This document shows, one piece after another, positions 1 through 10,110 of a stretch of DNA of 64,000 nucleotides. Source of the DNA: an uncultured delta proteobacterium. Lineage in GTDB: Bacteria; Myxococcota; Myxococcia; SLRQ01. Position 1 is the stretch's first letter; each line of letters starts with the position of its first letter. Location: positions 512,001-576,000 of the forward strand of contig CAVSGM010000011.1 of assembly GCA_963727485.1 (NCBI GenBank), given 5' to 3'. Both the position numbers and the translations under genes were made by a program. The notes under the pieces were generated by a model. The model did no database searches. It was not told the origin of the DNA and saw only the letters and a list, made by a program, of their open reading frames with translations.

Positions 1-1020
1 CCGACGGCGCACCAGGACACCTACCGGCCCTACGTGCGTCCGGTCCACGCCGATCCGGCCCAGGAGGTCGCGGCGCCCCAGGACCGGGTGACCCTCCTCA
101 AGCCCGACCTCGGCCCGGCGGCGGTCCGGGGTCCCACCCAGATCGACGCCTTCCTCCAGTCCGACGCCCGGGTCGACATCCTCTGGATCATCGACGACTC
201 GGGCTCGATGGTGAACAAGCGGGCGCGGCTGGCCAAGGCCTTCGACCAGTTCATCACCACCCTGGTGGGCGAGCAGGTCGACTACCACATCGGCGTCACC
301 ACCACCGACATGGACAAGGTGGGCCCGGGGTTCGACGGCCAGCTCATGGCCAACCCCGCCGTGATCACCAAGGACACCCCCGACCCGGTGGCCGCCTTCA
401 CCAGCGAGGTGAGCATGCCCGCCAACCGGGTCCAGAACGAGGAGGGCCTCGCCGCCGGCCTCGCCGCGGTCACCGACCCCAACGCCTCCGGGCCCAACAA
501 GGGGTTCCTGCGCCCCGGCGCCGACCTCGCCATGATCGTCGTCTCCGACGAGGACGACCACTCCTTTGGCGACCCCGCCTACTACGAGCGCGTCTTCCGC
601 GAGCTCCACGGCCCGGGCAACGAGGACACCATCTCCTTCTCCGCGGTCATCGGCGACGTCCCCAAGGGCTGCACCGCCCCCGGCGACCAGAACCTCCTCT
701 ACGGCGAGGCCCAGCCGGGCACCCGCTACCAGGCCGTCGCCAAGGCCACCCACGGCATCGTCGCCAGCGTCTGCAGCGCCGACTTCAACACCACCCTCCA
801 GAAGCTCGGCCTCTCGTTCTCCGGGCTCCGGCGCATCTTCCCCCTCTCGGCGGACCCGGCCCCCGGGAGCCTCCAGGTCCAGGTCGACGGCGTCGCCGTG
901 CCCCAGAACGCGAAGACCGGCTGGACCTTTGACGCGGGCACCCGCTCGGTGCAGTTCCTCGGCAGCTACGTGCCCCCGCCGGGGTCCACCGTGCGCATCC
1001 GCTACGAGCTGAAGGTCTGA
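1..1020 (+). CDS. vWA (MIDAS) domain secreted/adhesin-like protein, 5' partial
   Basis: Frame is open from base 1. Contains DILWIIDDSGSM (MIDAS DxSxS), IGVTTTD and IVVSDEDD motifs and a C-terminal beta-sandwich, typical of myxobacterial CglB-like vWA proteins. Confidence 0.75.
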   Translation, partial: PTAHQDTYRPYVRPVHADPAQEVAAPQDRVTLLKPDLGPAAVRGPTQIDAFLQSDARVDILWIIDDSGSMVNKRARLAKAFDQFITTLVGEQVDYHIGVTTTDMDKVGPGFDGQLMANPAVITKDTPDPVAAFTSEVSMPANRVQNEEGLAAGLAAVTDPNASGPNKGFLRPGADLAMIVVSDEDDHSFGDPAYYERVFRELHGPGNEDTISFSAVIGDVPKGCTAPGDQNLLYGEAQPGTRYQAVAKATHGIVASVCSADFNTTLQKLGLSFSGLRRIFPLSADPAPGSLQVQVDGVAVPQNAKTGWTFDAGTRSVQFLGSYVPPPGSTVRIRYELKV

Positions 1021-2501
1021 TGGGCGCGCGACGGCACCTGGCCCCCGGGGCCCTCGCCCTGGCGGCGCTGGCGGCCCTGGCGCTGACCGGCTGCAGCCGC
1101 AGCGCCTTCGTCCTCGAGTGCCCTCCCGGGTACAAGTATGGCCCCGATCCGGCCTGGGACGCCGGGACCGCGGCCGACGCCGACGGAGGCGTCGACGGCG
1201 GGGTGGCGGACGGCGGGGTGGCCGACGCGGGGACCGGCGGCTCGGCTCTGGCCCCCATGACCTGCGTGTGCGCCGACGACTCCGCCTGCCCCGACGGCTA
1301 CTCCTGCCACGCCGGGGCCTGTGAGTGCACCTCCGACTCCTGCTGCCCGGTGGGCTTCAACATCGACCCGGCGAACCCCGGCCACTGCGTGTGCCAGGGC
1401 CAGGACTGCTGCGCCCCGGGCGAGGCCTTCGAGCCGGGGACCGACGGGGGCCTCGGCGACTGCGTGTGCGCCTCGGCGGACTGCTGCCCCGCGGGCTTCA
1501 AGTTCGACGACACCACCAAGCGCTGCGTGTGCGCCGGCGACGCCTGCTGCCCCAAGGGCACCGTCTGGGACGACGCCCACCAGGGCTGCGCCTGCCAGTC
1601 CGACGCCTGCTGCCCGGCGGGCTACGCCTGGGACGACGTCCAGCAGGCCTGCGCCTGTGCCAACGACAGCTGCTGCCCCAAAGGCGACGTCTACTCCGCC
1701 CAGGTCCGCGCCTGCGTGTGCACCGGGGTCGGCTGCTGCCCCGCGGGCTTCACCAAGCGCCCCGACGGCACCTGCGCCTGCGGCGGCGACGCCACCTGCC
1801 CGGCGGGGCTGACCTGCGACACCGCCACCGGCCGCTGTGTGTGTGGCAGCGACGCCGACTGCGGCAAGGGCCGCTTCTGCAACACCTTCGGCTTCTGCCA
1901 GGCCGTCGCCTCGTGCCTCTCCAACCGGGACTGCCCCACCGGCCTCATCTGCGACAGCGTCGAGGACCTCTGCGTCCCCGCCGGGGCCTGCCTGCGCACC
2001 GAGCAGTGCCCCGTGGGCCAGGTCTGCGAGGCCGGCAGCTGCGTGGCCGGCTGCGACACCACCGCCGGCTGCCCCCTGCGCATGAGCTGCCAGCAGGGCC
2101 AGTGCGCAAACCAGTGCGAGGACAACACCTTCTGCCCCTACCTCGACGTCTGCCAGAACGGCAGCTGCGTCGCCAGCCAGGGCGAGTACTGCCACGACTG
2201 CCTCAACTGCCTCCAGCCCGGGGACCAGTGCCTCGCCCCCATCAGCGAGGGCCAGCAGAACTTCTGCGGCGTCCCCTGCCAGACCAACGCCGACTGCCCC
2301 TCGGGCCTCGACTGCGAGGACACCGTCCACGAGTGCCCCATCCAGCAGGACGGCGCCAGCTGCGGGGAGCAGGGGACCGTGTGCCGGGAGTACAACGCGG
2401 TCAACGAGCCGTTGCCCCTGTGGCTGTGTACCAAGCCCGGCGAGACCAAGCCCTACGTCTTCGACCGGTTCTGCTCGCCGGTGGTCGGCTACTGCCAGTA
2501 G
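1020..2501 (+). CDS. Cys-rich repeat lipoprotein
   Basis: Lipobox LALTG-C, DGG/DAG linker, about 10 tandem CxCxxxx(C)CPxG repeats then EGF/Dickkopf-like Cys units. TGATG overlap with the upstream gene. Confidence 0.85.
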   Translation: MGARRHLAPGALALAALAALALTGCSRSAFVLECPPGYKYGPDPAWDAGTAADADGGVDGGVADGGVADAGTGGSALAPMTCVCADDSACPDGYSCHAGACECTSDSCCPVGFNIDPANPGHCVCQGQDCCAPGEAFEPGTDGGLGDCVCASADCCPAGFKFDDTTKRCVCAGDACCPKGTVWDDAHQGCACQSDACCPAGYAWDDVQQACACANDSCCPKGDVYSAQVRACVCTGVGCCPAGFTKRPDGTCACGGDATCPAGLTCDTATGRCVCGSDADCGKGRFCNTFGFCQAVASCLSNRDCPTGLICDSVEDLCVPAGACLRTEQCPVGQVCEAGSCVAGCDTTAGCPLRMSCQQGQCANQCEDNTFCPYLDVCQNGSCVASQGEYCHDCLNCLQPGDQCLAPISEGQQNFCGVPCQTNADCPSGLDCEDTVHECPIQQDGASCGEQGTVCREYNAVNEPLPLWLCTKPGETKPYVFDRFCSPVVGYCQ

Positions 2502-2523
2502 CCCGGTGGCCAGGCGACAGGCC

Positions 2524-3910
2524 TCACGCCGGGTCGAGGCGCATCCACAGGCCGTTCGCCGTCCGGAGCGTCACCAGGGGCCGGGGCAGAACCGGCGGCC
2601 GCCCCTCCACCGGGGTCATCCGCACCCGCTGGAGCACCGTCGCCAGCACCAGGCGCGCCTCCAGGTTGGCGAAGCCGTCGCCGATGCACTGGCGCTGCCC
2701 CCCGATGAACGGCAGGTAGGCGAAGCGCGGGCGCCCGGCCACGGCCTCCGGGAGGAAGCGGTCCGGGTCGAAGCGATCCGGGTCGGGCCACAGGTCCGGG
2801 CGCCGGTGGATCTGGTGGATGGGCAGCATCACCAGGTCGCCGGGGTGCACCGCGTGGCCGTCGACGGTGTCGGCCTCCACCGGGGTCCGGCTCACCGTCC
2901 ACACCGGGGGGTAGAGGCGCATGGACTCCTGCACCACCCGCCCCAGGAGGTCGAGCTTCGGCACGTCGTCGGTGGTCGGCGGCCGTCCGCCGAGGACCTC
3001 GTCGAGCTCCCGGCGCAGAGCGGCCTCGGTCTCCGGGTGCTCGGAGAGGAGGTGGAAGGTCCAGGTCAGCGCCATGGCCGTGGTCTCGTGGCCGGCGAGG
3101 AAGAGGGTCATCACCTCGTCCCGGAGCTGCCGGTCGGTCATGGTGGCGCCGGTCTCCTCGTCCTGGGCGCCCATGAGCAGGTCGAGGAGGTCGCCTGGGC
3201 CCGGGCCGGTGCGCCGACGTTCGGCGATGATCCCGAGCACCACCCGGTCGAGAGTGGCCACCGCCCGGTGGAAGCCGCGGTTGCGCCGGGTGGGCACCCA
3301 GGGCGGCGGCGCCAGCGGGGTCTGGATGAGGTGCATCAGGTACTCGAGGCCCTCGGTGAGGGCCCCGCCGACCTCGTCGGCGTTCTGGCTGGGGTCCGCG
3401 GTGAGGAGCGCCTCGCCGACCACCCGGAGGGTCACCCGCATCATCTCGTGGCTGACGTCGAGGCCCTTCGGGTCGCCGAAGCCTGCCTCCCACCGGTCGA
3501 CCATCCCGGTGGCGGCCCGGGCCATGACCTCGCCGAAGCCGGCGACGTGCTTCTTGTGGAAGGCCGGCTGGGCCAGCCGTCGCTGTCGGAGCCAGAAGTC
3601 TCCGTCGCTGGTGAGCAGGCCATTGCCCAGCACCAGGCGCAGCCCCGCGTAGGCGGGGGTCTGCTTCACGTAGTTGCGCACGTGGGTCACGAGGAGGTGC
3701 CGCGCCATCTCCGGGTGCGAGAGGACGATGGCCTGCTTGGGCCCGAGGCGCAGGCGCACCGCGTCGCCGAGGGCGACCACCCGAATCGAGGAGGCCCAGG
3801 GGGTCGGTCCGGATCTCCGGGAGGGCGCCGAGGAGGTGGCCCGTCCGGTAGACCGGGGTCTCGACCGGGGTCGCGTCGGGCTCGGGGGGTCGGGCGGTGG
3901 CAGGGGTCAT
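2524..3910 (-). CDS. Cytochrome P450 (one frameshift at ~3785)
   Basis: AGHETT I-helix, ESMR (ExxR), PDRF and FIGGQRQCIG heme motif. The N-terminus lies in another frame and is rejoined by removing one T. Confidence 0.9.
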
Positions 3911-3929
3911 CGCGGCTCCTTCCCCCAGG

Positions 3930-4865
3930 TCAGGGGATGGGGATGCCCACCGTGATCTCCAACGGCGCGTCCCCGGGGAGGGCGGGCTGGGGCGGCGGGC
4001 CCGGGGGCGGGAGCTTCGCCGCGAGGCGGTCGAGCTCGTTGAGGATGGCGTCCCGGTCGAAGCGCTCGGCGCCGACCACCGCCCCGTAGATGGTGCCGAA
4101 GTACCAGACCGACTCCAGGACCGCGAGGAGGCTGAACAGGCCCCACTGCTGCCCCCGGAAGGTCTCCACCAGGCCCCAGGCGAAGGCGCCGTTCCAAAGG
4201 AAGGCGCTGGCCGCGACCCCCCACATCCCCAGGTAGGCGTGGCCGAGGCCCGGGACGATGGAGAGCACCCCGGCGAGGACCGGGCTCCGGTAGGGGAGGT
4301 CGAGGTGGGTGCCCAGCGCCACGTGCATCGCCCGGCCGCGGGGGGTGTCGAGGGAGGCGAAGGTCTTCCGGGCGGCGGCGAAGTCCCAGGCCTCCAGGTG
4401 GCTCCAGCCGGTGACCCACCGGGCGTAGGGCGACGGGTCGCCCTGGAGGAGGTCCACCGCGTCGGCGTAGCGCTTGAGGCCGTAGAGGGCCCGGCCGTCG
4501 AGGAGGCGCGCCGCGTGGAGCACCAGCCGCCTCCCCGTGGCCACCGCGACCGCGGCCCGGTGGGCGGCGGCGAGCTGGTTGCCGGTGAAGTAGGCCAGGG
4601 CGATGCGGTAGCGGACCAGGTCCCCGTCGGCGGCGTCCGGGGTGAGGAAGAGGTAGCGCTCGTAGGCGCCGATGGCCCGGTAGGCGTCGCCCCGGGTGAG
4701 GAGCCAGTCGCCGAAGCGCCGGTCGGTGGCCGGGGCGGCGACGGCGGGGACCGGGGACGGCTCGGCGGCCGGGGCGGGGACGGGCTGCGGGGCGGGGGCC
4801 CCGTCCCCGGCCCACGCCGCGGTGGGCAGGAGCAGCGCCGCCACGATCGCCGCCGCCCGCCTCAC
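3930..4865 (-). CDS. Exported TPR-like protein with TM2/DUF5683-like hydrophobic C-terminal region
   Basis: GTG start overlaps the upstream stop. Signal peptide (AWA), TPR-like helices, SPVLAGVLSIVPGLGHAYLG motif. Confidence 0.65.
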   Translation of the reverse strand: MRRAAAIVAALLLPTAAWAGDGAPAPQPVPAPAAEPSPVPAVAAPATDRRFGDWLLTRGDAYRAIGAYERYLFLTPDAADGDLVRYRIALAYFTGNQLAAAHRAAVAVATGRRLVLHAARLLDGRALYGLKRYADAVDLLQGDPSPYARWVTGWSHLEAWDFAAARKTFASLDTPRGRAMHVALGTHLDLPYRSPVLAGVLSIVPGLGHAYLGMWGVAASAFLWNGAFAWGLVETFRGQQWGLFSLLAVLESVWYFGTIYGAVVGAERFDRDAILNELDRLAAKLPPPGPPPQPALPGDAPLEITVGIPIP

Positions 4866-5278
4866 TCCCCGTGCTCCTGGGGCAGGGGGTGGGGCAGGAC
4901 CACGGCGTCCACCGGGTCGTCGAAGCGCAGCTTCCCGTCGACCACGATCATCGGCAGGGTCCGCAGGAGGCTCGACCGCCCATCGTTGAGGAGCCGGTCG
5001 ATGGTCCGCATCAGCCCCAGGACCACCCCGTCGCGCTCCACCGACTCGATGGCGTAGAGGGAGCACGTGGGGTAGTGGCTGCACCGGGGCCCGTCGATGG
5101 GGCTGATGACGTAGTGGTAGAACTCGAAGGCCGTCCAGAAGAACTGGGCCGGGGGCAGGCGGTGGCCGGCGGCGGGCTTCGCCTCGGGGCGCGCGTCGCG
5201 GGTGACCGGCGCCTCGGGGGTGCCAAAGGGCCCGAAGCCGGCGCAGAGGAGCGACAGGCCGAGGACGGCCGCCTTCAT
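4862..5278 (-). CDS. yidD: YidD-like membrane protein insertion efficiency factor
   Basis: ISPIDGPRCSHYPTCSLYAIESV...G matches the YidD/haemolytic domain. ATGA overlap with rarA. Confidence 0.7.
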   Translation of the reverse strand: MKAAVLGLSLLCAGFGPFGTPEAPVTRDARPEAKPAAGHRLPPAQFFWTAFEFYHYVISPIDGPRCSHYPTCSLYAIESVERDGVVLGLMRTIDRLLNDGRSSLLRTLPMIVVDGKLRFDDPVDAVVLPHPLPQEHGE

Positions 5279-6534
5279 CCTTCGCCTCCGTCGTCGTCGA
5301 CCTTCGGCGGCGCGTCGGGCCGGTAGAAGCGCCGGCCGGCGAGGGCGTCGGGGAGGTGCTGCTGCGCCGGCTTCTTCCCCGCGTAGTCGTGGGCGTACTT
5401 GTAGCCGTCGCCGTAGCCGAGCTGCTTCATCAGCCCGGTGGGGGCGTTGCGCAGGTGCAGGGGCACCTCGAGGGGCCCGGTCTGCTGCACCGCCGCCCGG
5501 GCCTCGTTCAGGGCCACGTAGCTGGCGTTCGACTTGGGCGCGGTGGCGAGATACGTGCACGCCTGGGCCATGGGGATGGCGCCCTCGGGCAGGCCGACCC
5601 ACTCGAAGGCCTGGGCCGCGGCCATGGCGACCTGGAGCGCCTGGGGGTCGGCGTTGCCGATGTCCTCGGAGGCGAGGATGATCATCCGCCGGAGGATGAA
5701 CCGGGGCGGCTCGCCGGCCTCGAGGAGCCGCGACATCCAGTAGATGGCGCCGTCGGGATCGGACCCGCGCAGGCTCTTGATGAACGCCGAGACCACGTCG
5801 TAGTGCTGGTCGCCGGACTTGTCGTGGCGGATGCCCGCGTGCTGGAAGGCGGCCTCGACCTCGGCGAGGGTGACGTGGTCGGTGACCCCCGCGGCCATCT
5901 CCAGGGCCGAGAGCCCGCGCCGGGCGTCCCCCTGGGCCAGCTCGGCGAGGGCCTCCCGGGCGTCGGGGTCGAGGGTCACCTTCAGCTCGGTGGCGCCCCG
6001 GTCGAGGACCTGGCCCACGGCGGCGGGCCCGAGCTGCTTGAGGACGAAGACCCGGCACCGGGAGAGCAGGGCGGCGTTCACCTCGAAGCTGGGGTTCTCG
6101 GTGGTGGCGCCGATGAGCGTCACCGTGCCCTTCTCCGCGTGGGGCAGGAGGGCGTCCTGCTGGGCCTTGTTGAACCGGTGGATCTCGTCGATGAAGAGGA
6201 TGGTGCGCCGGCGCTGCTGGGTGAGGCGCTGCCGGGCGGCGTCGAGGAGGGCCCGCAGGTCCTTGACCCCGCCGAGGACCGCGGAGAACGGCTCGAAGAC
6301 CCGGTCGGTGTGCCGGGCCAGGAGGCGGGCGAGGGTGGTCTTGCCGGTCCCCGGGGGGCCCCAGAGGATCATCGAGGGGACCCGGTCGGCCTCGATGAGC
6401 CGGCGCAGCACCGTGCCCTCGCCGACGAGGTGATCCTGGCCCACCACGTCCTCGAGGCGCCGGGGCCGCAGCCGCTCGGCGAGGGGGGCGCCGAGCTGGT
6501 CCCGCTCGGCCGCGTGCTCGAAGAGGTCCGCCAC
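5275..6534 (-). CDS. rarA: Replication-associated recombination protein A (MgsA/RarA AAA+ ATPase)
   Basis: APLAERLRP, GPPGTGKTT, DEIHRFNKAQQD, ATTENPSF, SAFIKSLRGSD, VPLHLRNAPT. Confidence 0.95.
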   Translation of the reverse strand: MADLFEHAAERDQLGAPLAERLRPRRLEDVVGQDHLVGEGTVLRRLIEADRVPSMILWGPPGTGKTTLARLLARHTDRVFEPFSAVLGGVKDLRALLDAARQRLTQQRRRTILFIDEIHRFNKAQQDALLPHAEKGTVTLIGATTENPSFEVNAALLSRCRVFVLKQLGPAAVGQVLDRGATELKVTLDPDAREALAELAQGDARRGLSALEMAAGVTDHVTLAEVEAAFQHAGIRHDKSGDQHYDVVSAFIKSLRGSDPDGAIYWMSRLLEAGEPPRFILRRMIILASEDIGNADPQALQVAMAAAQAFEWVGLPEGAIPMAQACTYLATAPKSNASYVALNEARAAVQQTGPLEVPLHLRNAPTGLMKQLGYGDGYKYAHDYAGKKPAQQHLPDALAGRRFYRPDAPPKVDDDGGEG

Positions 6535-6581
6535 GGACGAGACCCTATCCCGGCTTCGGCCCGACTGCTACGCTGCGCGCC

Positions 6582-7430
6582 ATGGGTCACACCGTGGGCA
6601 TCGTCGCCAAGCCGCGGCTGGAGGCCGTGGAGCTCGCGGTGGCGGTCGCCCGCTGGGCCGGCGAGCACCAGCACCGGGTCGTCGCCAATCCCCGGACCGC
6701 CGAGAGCCTCGCCGAGGTCGCCGCCGTGGGCCCCGCCGCCCTCAAGGAGGCGGACCTGGTGGTGGTCATCGGCGGCGACGGCACCCTCATCCACGCCGCC
6801 ACCATGCTCGAGGGCCGGAAGGTCCCCATCTTCGGGATCAACGTCGGCACCCTGGGCTTCCTCACGGAGATCACCCGGGCCGCGGACATCTACGGCCTCC
6901 TCGAGGACACCCTCGCCGGCCACGCGGCGGTGGAGGAGCGGATGCTCCTGCGGGTCGAGGCCCGGCGCTCCGGGCGCAGCTACTTCCACGGGCTGGTCCT
7001 CAACGACGCGGTGGTCAACAAGGCGGCCCTGGCGCGCATCGCCGAGCTCGCCTGCTACATCGACGGCCGCGAGGCCACCCGCTACCGGGCCGACGGCCTC
7101 ATCGTCGCCACCCCCACCGGGTCCACCGCCTACAACCTCGCCGCCGGGGGGCCGATCCTCTACCCGACCCTCCGCAGCCTGCTCCTCTCGCCGATCTGCC
7201 CCCACACCCTGACCCAGCGGCCCCTGGTCCTGCCGGCGTCGGCGGAGGTGCGGCTGGTGCTGGTCTCGGACAATGGGGAGATGTTCCTCACCCTCGACGG
7301 CCAGCGGGGGACCGACCTCAAGACCGGCGACGAGATCGTGGTCCGGCAGAGCCGGCGGCGGGTGTACCTGGTCCGGAGCCCGGAGGTCGACTTCTTCTCG
7401 ATCCTCCGCCAGAAGCTCCACTGGGGCTGA
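6582..7430 (+). CDS. nadK: NAD(+) kinase
   Basis: GGDGT, GTLGFL, LND, ADGLIVATPTGSTAYNL, LxxKLHW. Usual position upstream of recN. Confidence 0.95.
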   Translation: MGHTVGIVAKPRLEAVELAVAVARWAGEHQHRVVANPRTAESLAEVAAVGPAALKEADLVVVIGGDGTLIHAATMLEGRKVPIFGINVGTLGFLTEITRAADIYGLLEDTLAGHAAVEERMLLRVEARRSGRSYFHGLVLNDAVVNKAALARIAELACYIDGREATRYRADGLIVATPTGSTAYNLAAGGPILYPTLRSLLLSPICPHTLTQRPLVLPASAEVRLVLVSDNGEMFLTLDGQRGTDLKTGDEIVVRQSRRRVYLVRSPEVDFFSILRQKLHWG

Positions 7431-7495
7431 CCCGGGGCAGGGGGCCGGGGCGAGTGGCGCCTGTCAGGGGGGTCTGCTATACATCCGGTCAGCAT

Positions 7496-7512
7496 CGGAA
7501 CGGGTGTTCAGC
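7496..7512 (+). promoter_or_regulatory. Putative LexA (SOS) box upstream of recN
   Basis: CGGAACGGGTGTTCAGC contains GAAC-N4-GTTC. It lies between a TGcTATACA -10-like element (~7475-7483) and the recN ATG. Confidence 0.65.
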
Positions 7513-7528
7513 CCCTCAGGGAGGTCCC

Positions 7529-9247
7529 ATGCTTCAGGAGCTTCGTGTCGAGCAGCTCGCCATCGTCGACCGGCTGGCGGTCACCTTCGGCCCCGGTCTC
7601 AACGTCCTCACCGGGGAGACCGGCGCCGGGAAGTCGCTGTTGGTCGACGCCCTGGCCCTGGCCCTCGGGGGCCGCGCCAGCGCCGACCAGGTCCGCGCCG
7701 GGGCCAAGGAGGGGGTGGTCGAGGCCCTCTTCGCCCCGGAGAAGCCCGGCGCCCGGGCCGCCCTCGACGCCGCCCTGGCCGACAAGGGCCTGCCCTCGGG
7801 GGAGGGGGTGCTCCTGGTCAAGCGGGTGGTGAGCGCCGCCGGGCGGCACCGGGTCTACGTCAACGGGGGGCTCGCCACCGTGGGGCTCCTCGCCGAGGTC
7901 GCCGGCGAGCTGGTCGACATCTGCGGACAGCACGAGCAGATGGTCCTCCTGCGCCCCGGCGCCCACCGGGAGCTCCTCGACGCCTTCGCCTCGGCGCCGG
8001 AGGTCCTCGGGGGCTACCAGCGCGCCTGGGAGGCCCTGGCCGAGGCCGAGGCGGAGCTCGCCCGCCTCGACACCGACGAGGCCGCCCGGGCCGATCGCGA
8101 GGCCTTCCTCCGGTTCCAGCTCCAGGAGATCGCCCAGCTCGCCCCCGAGGCCGGGGAGCTCGCGGCCCTGGAGGCCGAGCGGGGGCGCCTGCGCCACGCC
8201 GAGCGCCTCCGGGAGGCCGCGGGCCTGGCCGACGAGGCCCTCTACACCGGGGAGGGCGCGGTGGTCGACGTCCTCGGGCGCACCTGCCACCGCCTCCGGG
8301 AGGCCGCCGAGCTCGATCCGTCGCTTGCGCCCCTGGTCGAGGGCCTCGAGGGGGCCCTGGCGGTGGTCGAGGACCACGGCCGGGAGGTCGCCCGCTACGC
8401 CGAGCACCTCGAGGCCGACCCCGGGCGCCTGGAGGTGGTCGAGTCCCGGGTCGCCGGGCTCACCCGCCTCTGCCGCCGCCACGGGGGCGACCTCGACGCC
8501 GTCCTCGCCGCCGCCGAGGCCCTCGGCGCCGAGCTCGACGACCTCGGCGCCCACGACGATCGCCTGGCCGGGGCCCAGGACGCCGTGCGCCGGGCCCGGG
8601 CCGCCGCCGAGACCGCGGCCGCCGCCCTCACCCGGGTCCGGAAGACCGCGGCCGGGGCCCTGGGGAAGGCCGTCGCCGCCGAGCTCGCGGGCCTGGGGAT
8701 GAAGGCCACCCGCCTCGAGGTCACCGTCTCCCCCGCCGAGTCCCTCGGGCCCGCCGGGGCCGACCAGGTCGCCCTGCGCATCGCCGCCGGCCCCGGGGAG
8801 CCGCTGCGGCCCCTGGCGAAGATCGCGTCCGGGGGCGAGCTCTCCCGGATCCTCCTGGCCCTGCGCCGGGTGCTGGCCGCCGGCGACCCGGTCCCCACCG
8901 TGGTCTTCGACGAGGTCGACGCCGGGATCGGCGGCGCCACCGCCGAGGTGGTGGGCCGGCTCCTCAAGGGCGTCGCCGCCGATCGGCAGGTCCTGTGCAT
9001 CACCCACCTGCCCCAGGTCGCCGCCTACGCCGATCGCCACCTGGCGGTCGCCAAGGACGTCGACGGCGGCCGGGCCCGGGTCCGGGTCGAGGCCCTCGAC
9101 GCCGCCGGGCGCACCGGGGAGGTGGCCCGGATGCTCGGCGGGGTCACCGTCACCGAGCGCACCCGGGAGACCGCCGCCGAGCTCATCGACCGCGCCGGGC
9201 ACCACCGGCCCCGGCCCCCGGGGAAGCGCCGGCGCCGGGCCGCCTGA
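7529..9247 (+). CDS. recN: DNA repair protein RecN
   Basis: LTGETGAGKS, GQHE, IASGGELSR, FDEVDAGIGG, ITHLPQVAA. GGAGG RBS before ATG 7529. Confidence 0.95.
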   Translation: MLQELRVEQLAIVDRLAVTFGPGLNVLTGETGAGKSLLVDALALALGGRASADQVRAGAKEGVVEALFAPEKPGARAALDAALADKGLPSGEGVLLVKRVVSAAGRHRVYVNGGLATVGLLAEVAGELVDICGQHEQMVLLRPGAHRELLDAFASAPEVLGGYQRAWEALAEAEAELARLDTDEAARADREAFLRFQLQEIAQLAPEAGELAALEAERGRLRHAERLREAAGLADEALYTGEGAVVDVLGRTCHRLREAAELDPSLAPLVEGLEGALAVVEDHGREVARYAEHLEADPGRLEVVESRVAGLTRLCRRHGGDLDAVLAAAEALGAELDDLGAHDDRLAGAQDAVRRARAAAETAAAALTRVRKTAAGALGKAVAAELAGLGMKATRLEVTVSPAESLGPAGADQVALRIAAGPGEPLRPLAKIASGGELSRILLALRRVLAAGDPVPTVVFDEVDAGIGGATAEVVGRLLKGVAADRQVLCITHLPQVAAYADRHLAVAKDVDGGRARVRVEALDAAGRTGEVARMLGGVTVTERTRETAAELIDRAGHHRPRPPGKRRRRAA

Positions 9248-9315
9248 GGGCCCGGCGAAATCGGACCGCACGGTCGCGTTGACCCTCCGTCCTGGGCGAG
9301 GGTAGGCTCTGACGG

Positions 9316-10110
9316 ATGCGTCTGACCACCCTCGGGCTGAGCGACGTCGGCCAGAAGCGCAGTCACAACGAGGACTCCTACCTCATCAATGACGCGCTGC
9401 ACCTTTTCGTCGTCGCCGACGGGATGGGCGGGCACGCCGGTGGGGGGACGGCCTCGCGTATCGCCGTGGAGACCATCGAGAAGAGCCTGCTCACGGCCAA
9501 GGAGACTGGCGCCGATCCCTTCCAGGGTGGTCAGGCCCTCGAGCGCTCCCCGATCCCCGAGCACTTCCGGGAGGCGGTGGAGGCGGCCTGCTACAGCATC
9601 TTCCACACCGCCCGCCGGGAGCCCCAGCTCGCCGGGATGGGCACCACCGTCACCGCCCTGCTCCTCGCCGAGAGCACCCGGGAGGGGACGGTCGACGCCT
9701 TCCTCGCCCACGTGGGCGACTCGCGCATGTACCTCATCCGCGGCCAGATCCTCCAGCAGATCTCCGAGGACCACTCCCTGGTCAACGAGCAGATCAAGGC
9801 CGGGGTCCTCACCGCCGACGAGGCCCGGCACAGCCGGTTCAAGAACATCATCACCCGGTCGGTGGGCTTCGAGGAGGACGTCCTGGTCGACGTCATGGGC
9901 CTCTCCGCCGAGCCCGGGGACGTGTTCATCATGTGCTCCGACGGCCTCTCCAACCTGGTCGAGGACCGGGAGTTCCTGGAGCTGGCCCACCGTTTCCAGG
10001 GGGAAGAAATCAAGGGTCTTCCCCAGGCCCTCATCAATCTCGCCAACGAGCGCGGGGGCGACGACAACATCACCGTGGTCATCGTCCGGGTCGACGGGTC
10101 CACCCAATGA
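9316..10110 (+). CDS. PP2C-family Ser/Thr protein phosphatase
   Basis: RSHNED, VADGMGGH, GMGTT, HVGDSR, CSDGL, GGDDNIT. Confidence 0.93.
   Translation: MRLTTLGLSDVGQKRSHNEDSYLINDALHLFVVADGMGGHAGGGTASRIAVETIEKSLLTAKETGADPFQGGQALERSPIPEHFREAVEAACYSIFHTARREPQLAGMGTTVTALLLAESTREGTVDAFLAHVGDSRMYLIRGQILQQISEDHSLVNEQIKAGVLTADEARHSRFKNIITRSVGFEEDVLVDVMGLSAEPGDVFIMCSDGLSNLVEDREFLELAHRFQGEEIKGLPQALINLANERGGDDNITVVIVRVDGSTQ

Noticed and set aside
1260..1900. Repeated DNA units as a CRISPR array
   Set aside because: The repeats are degenerate, in frame and encode Cys-rich protein repeats. No cas genes are present.
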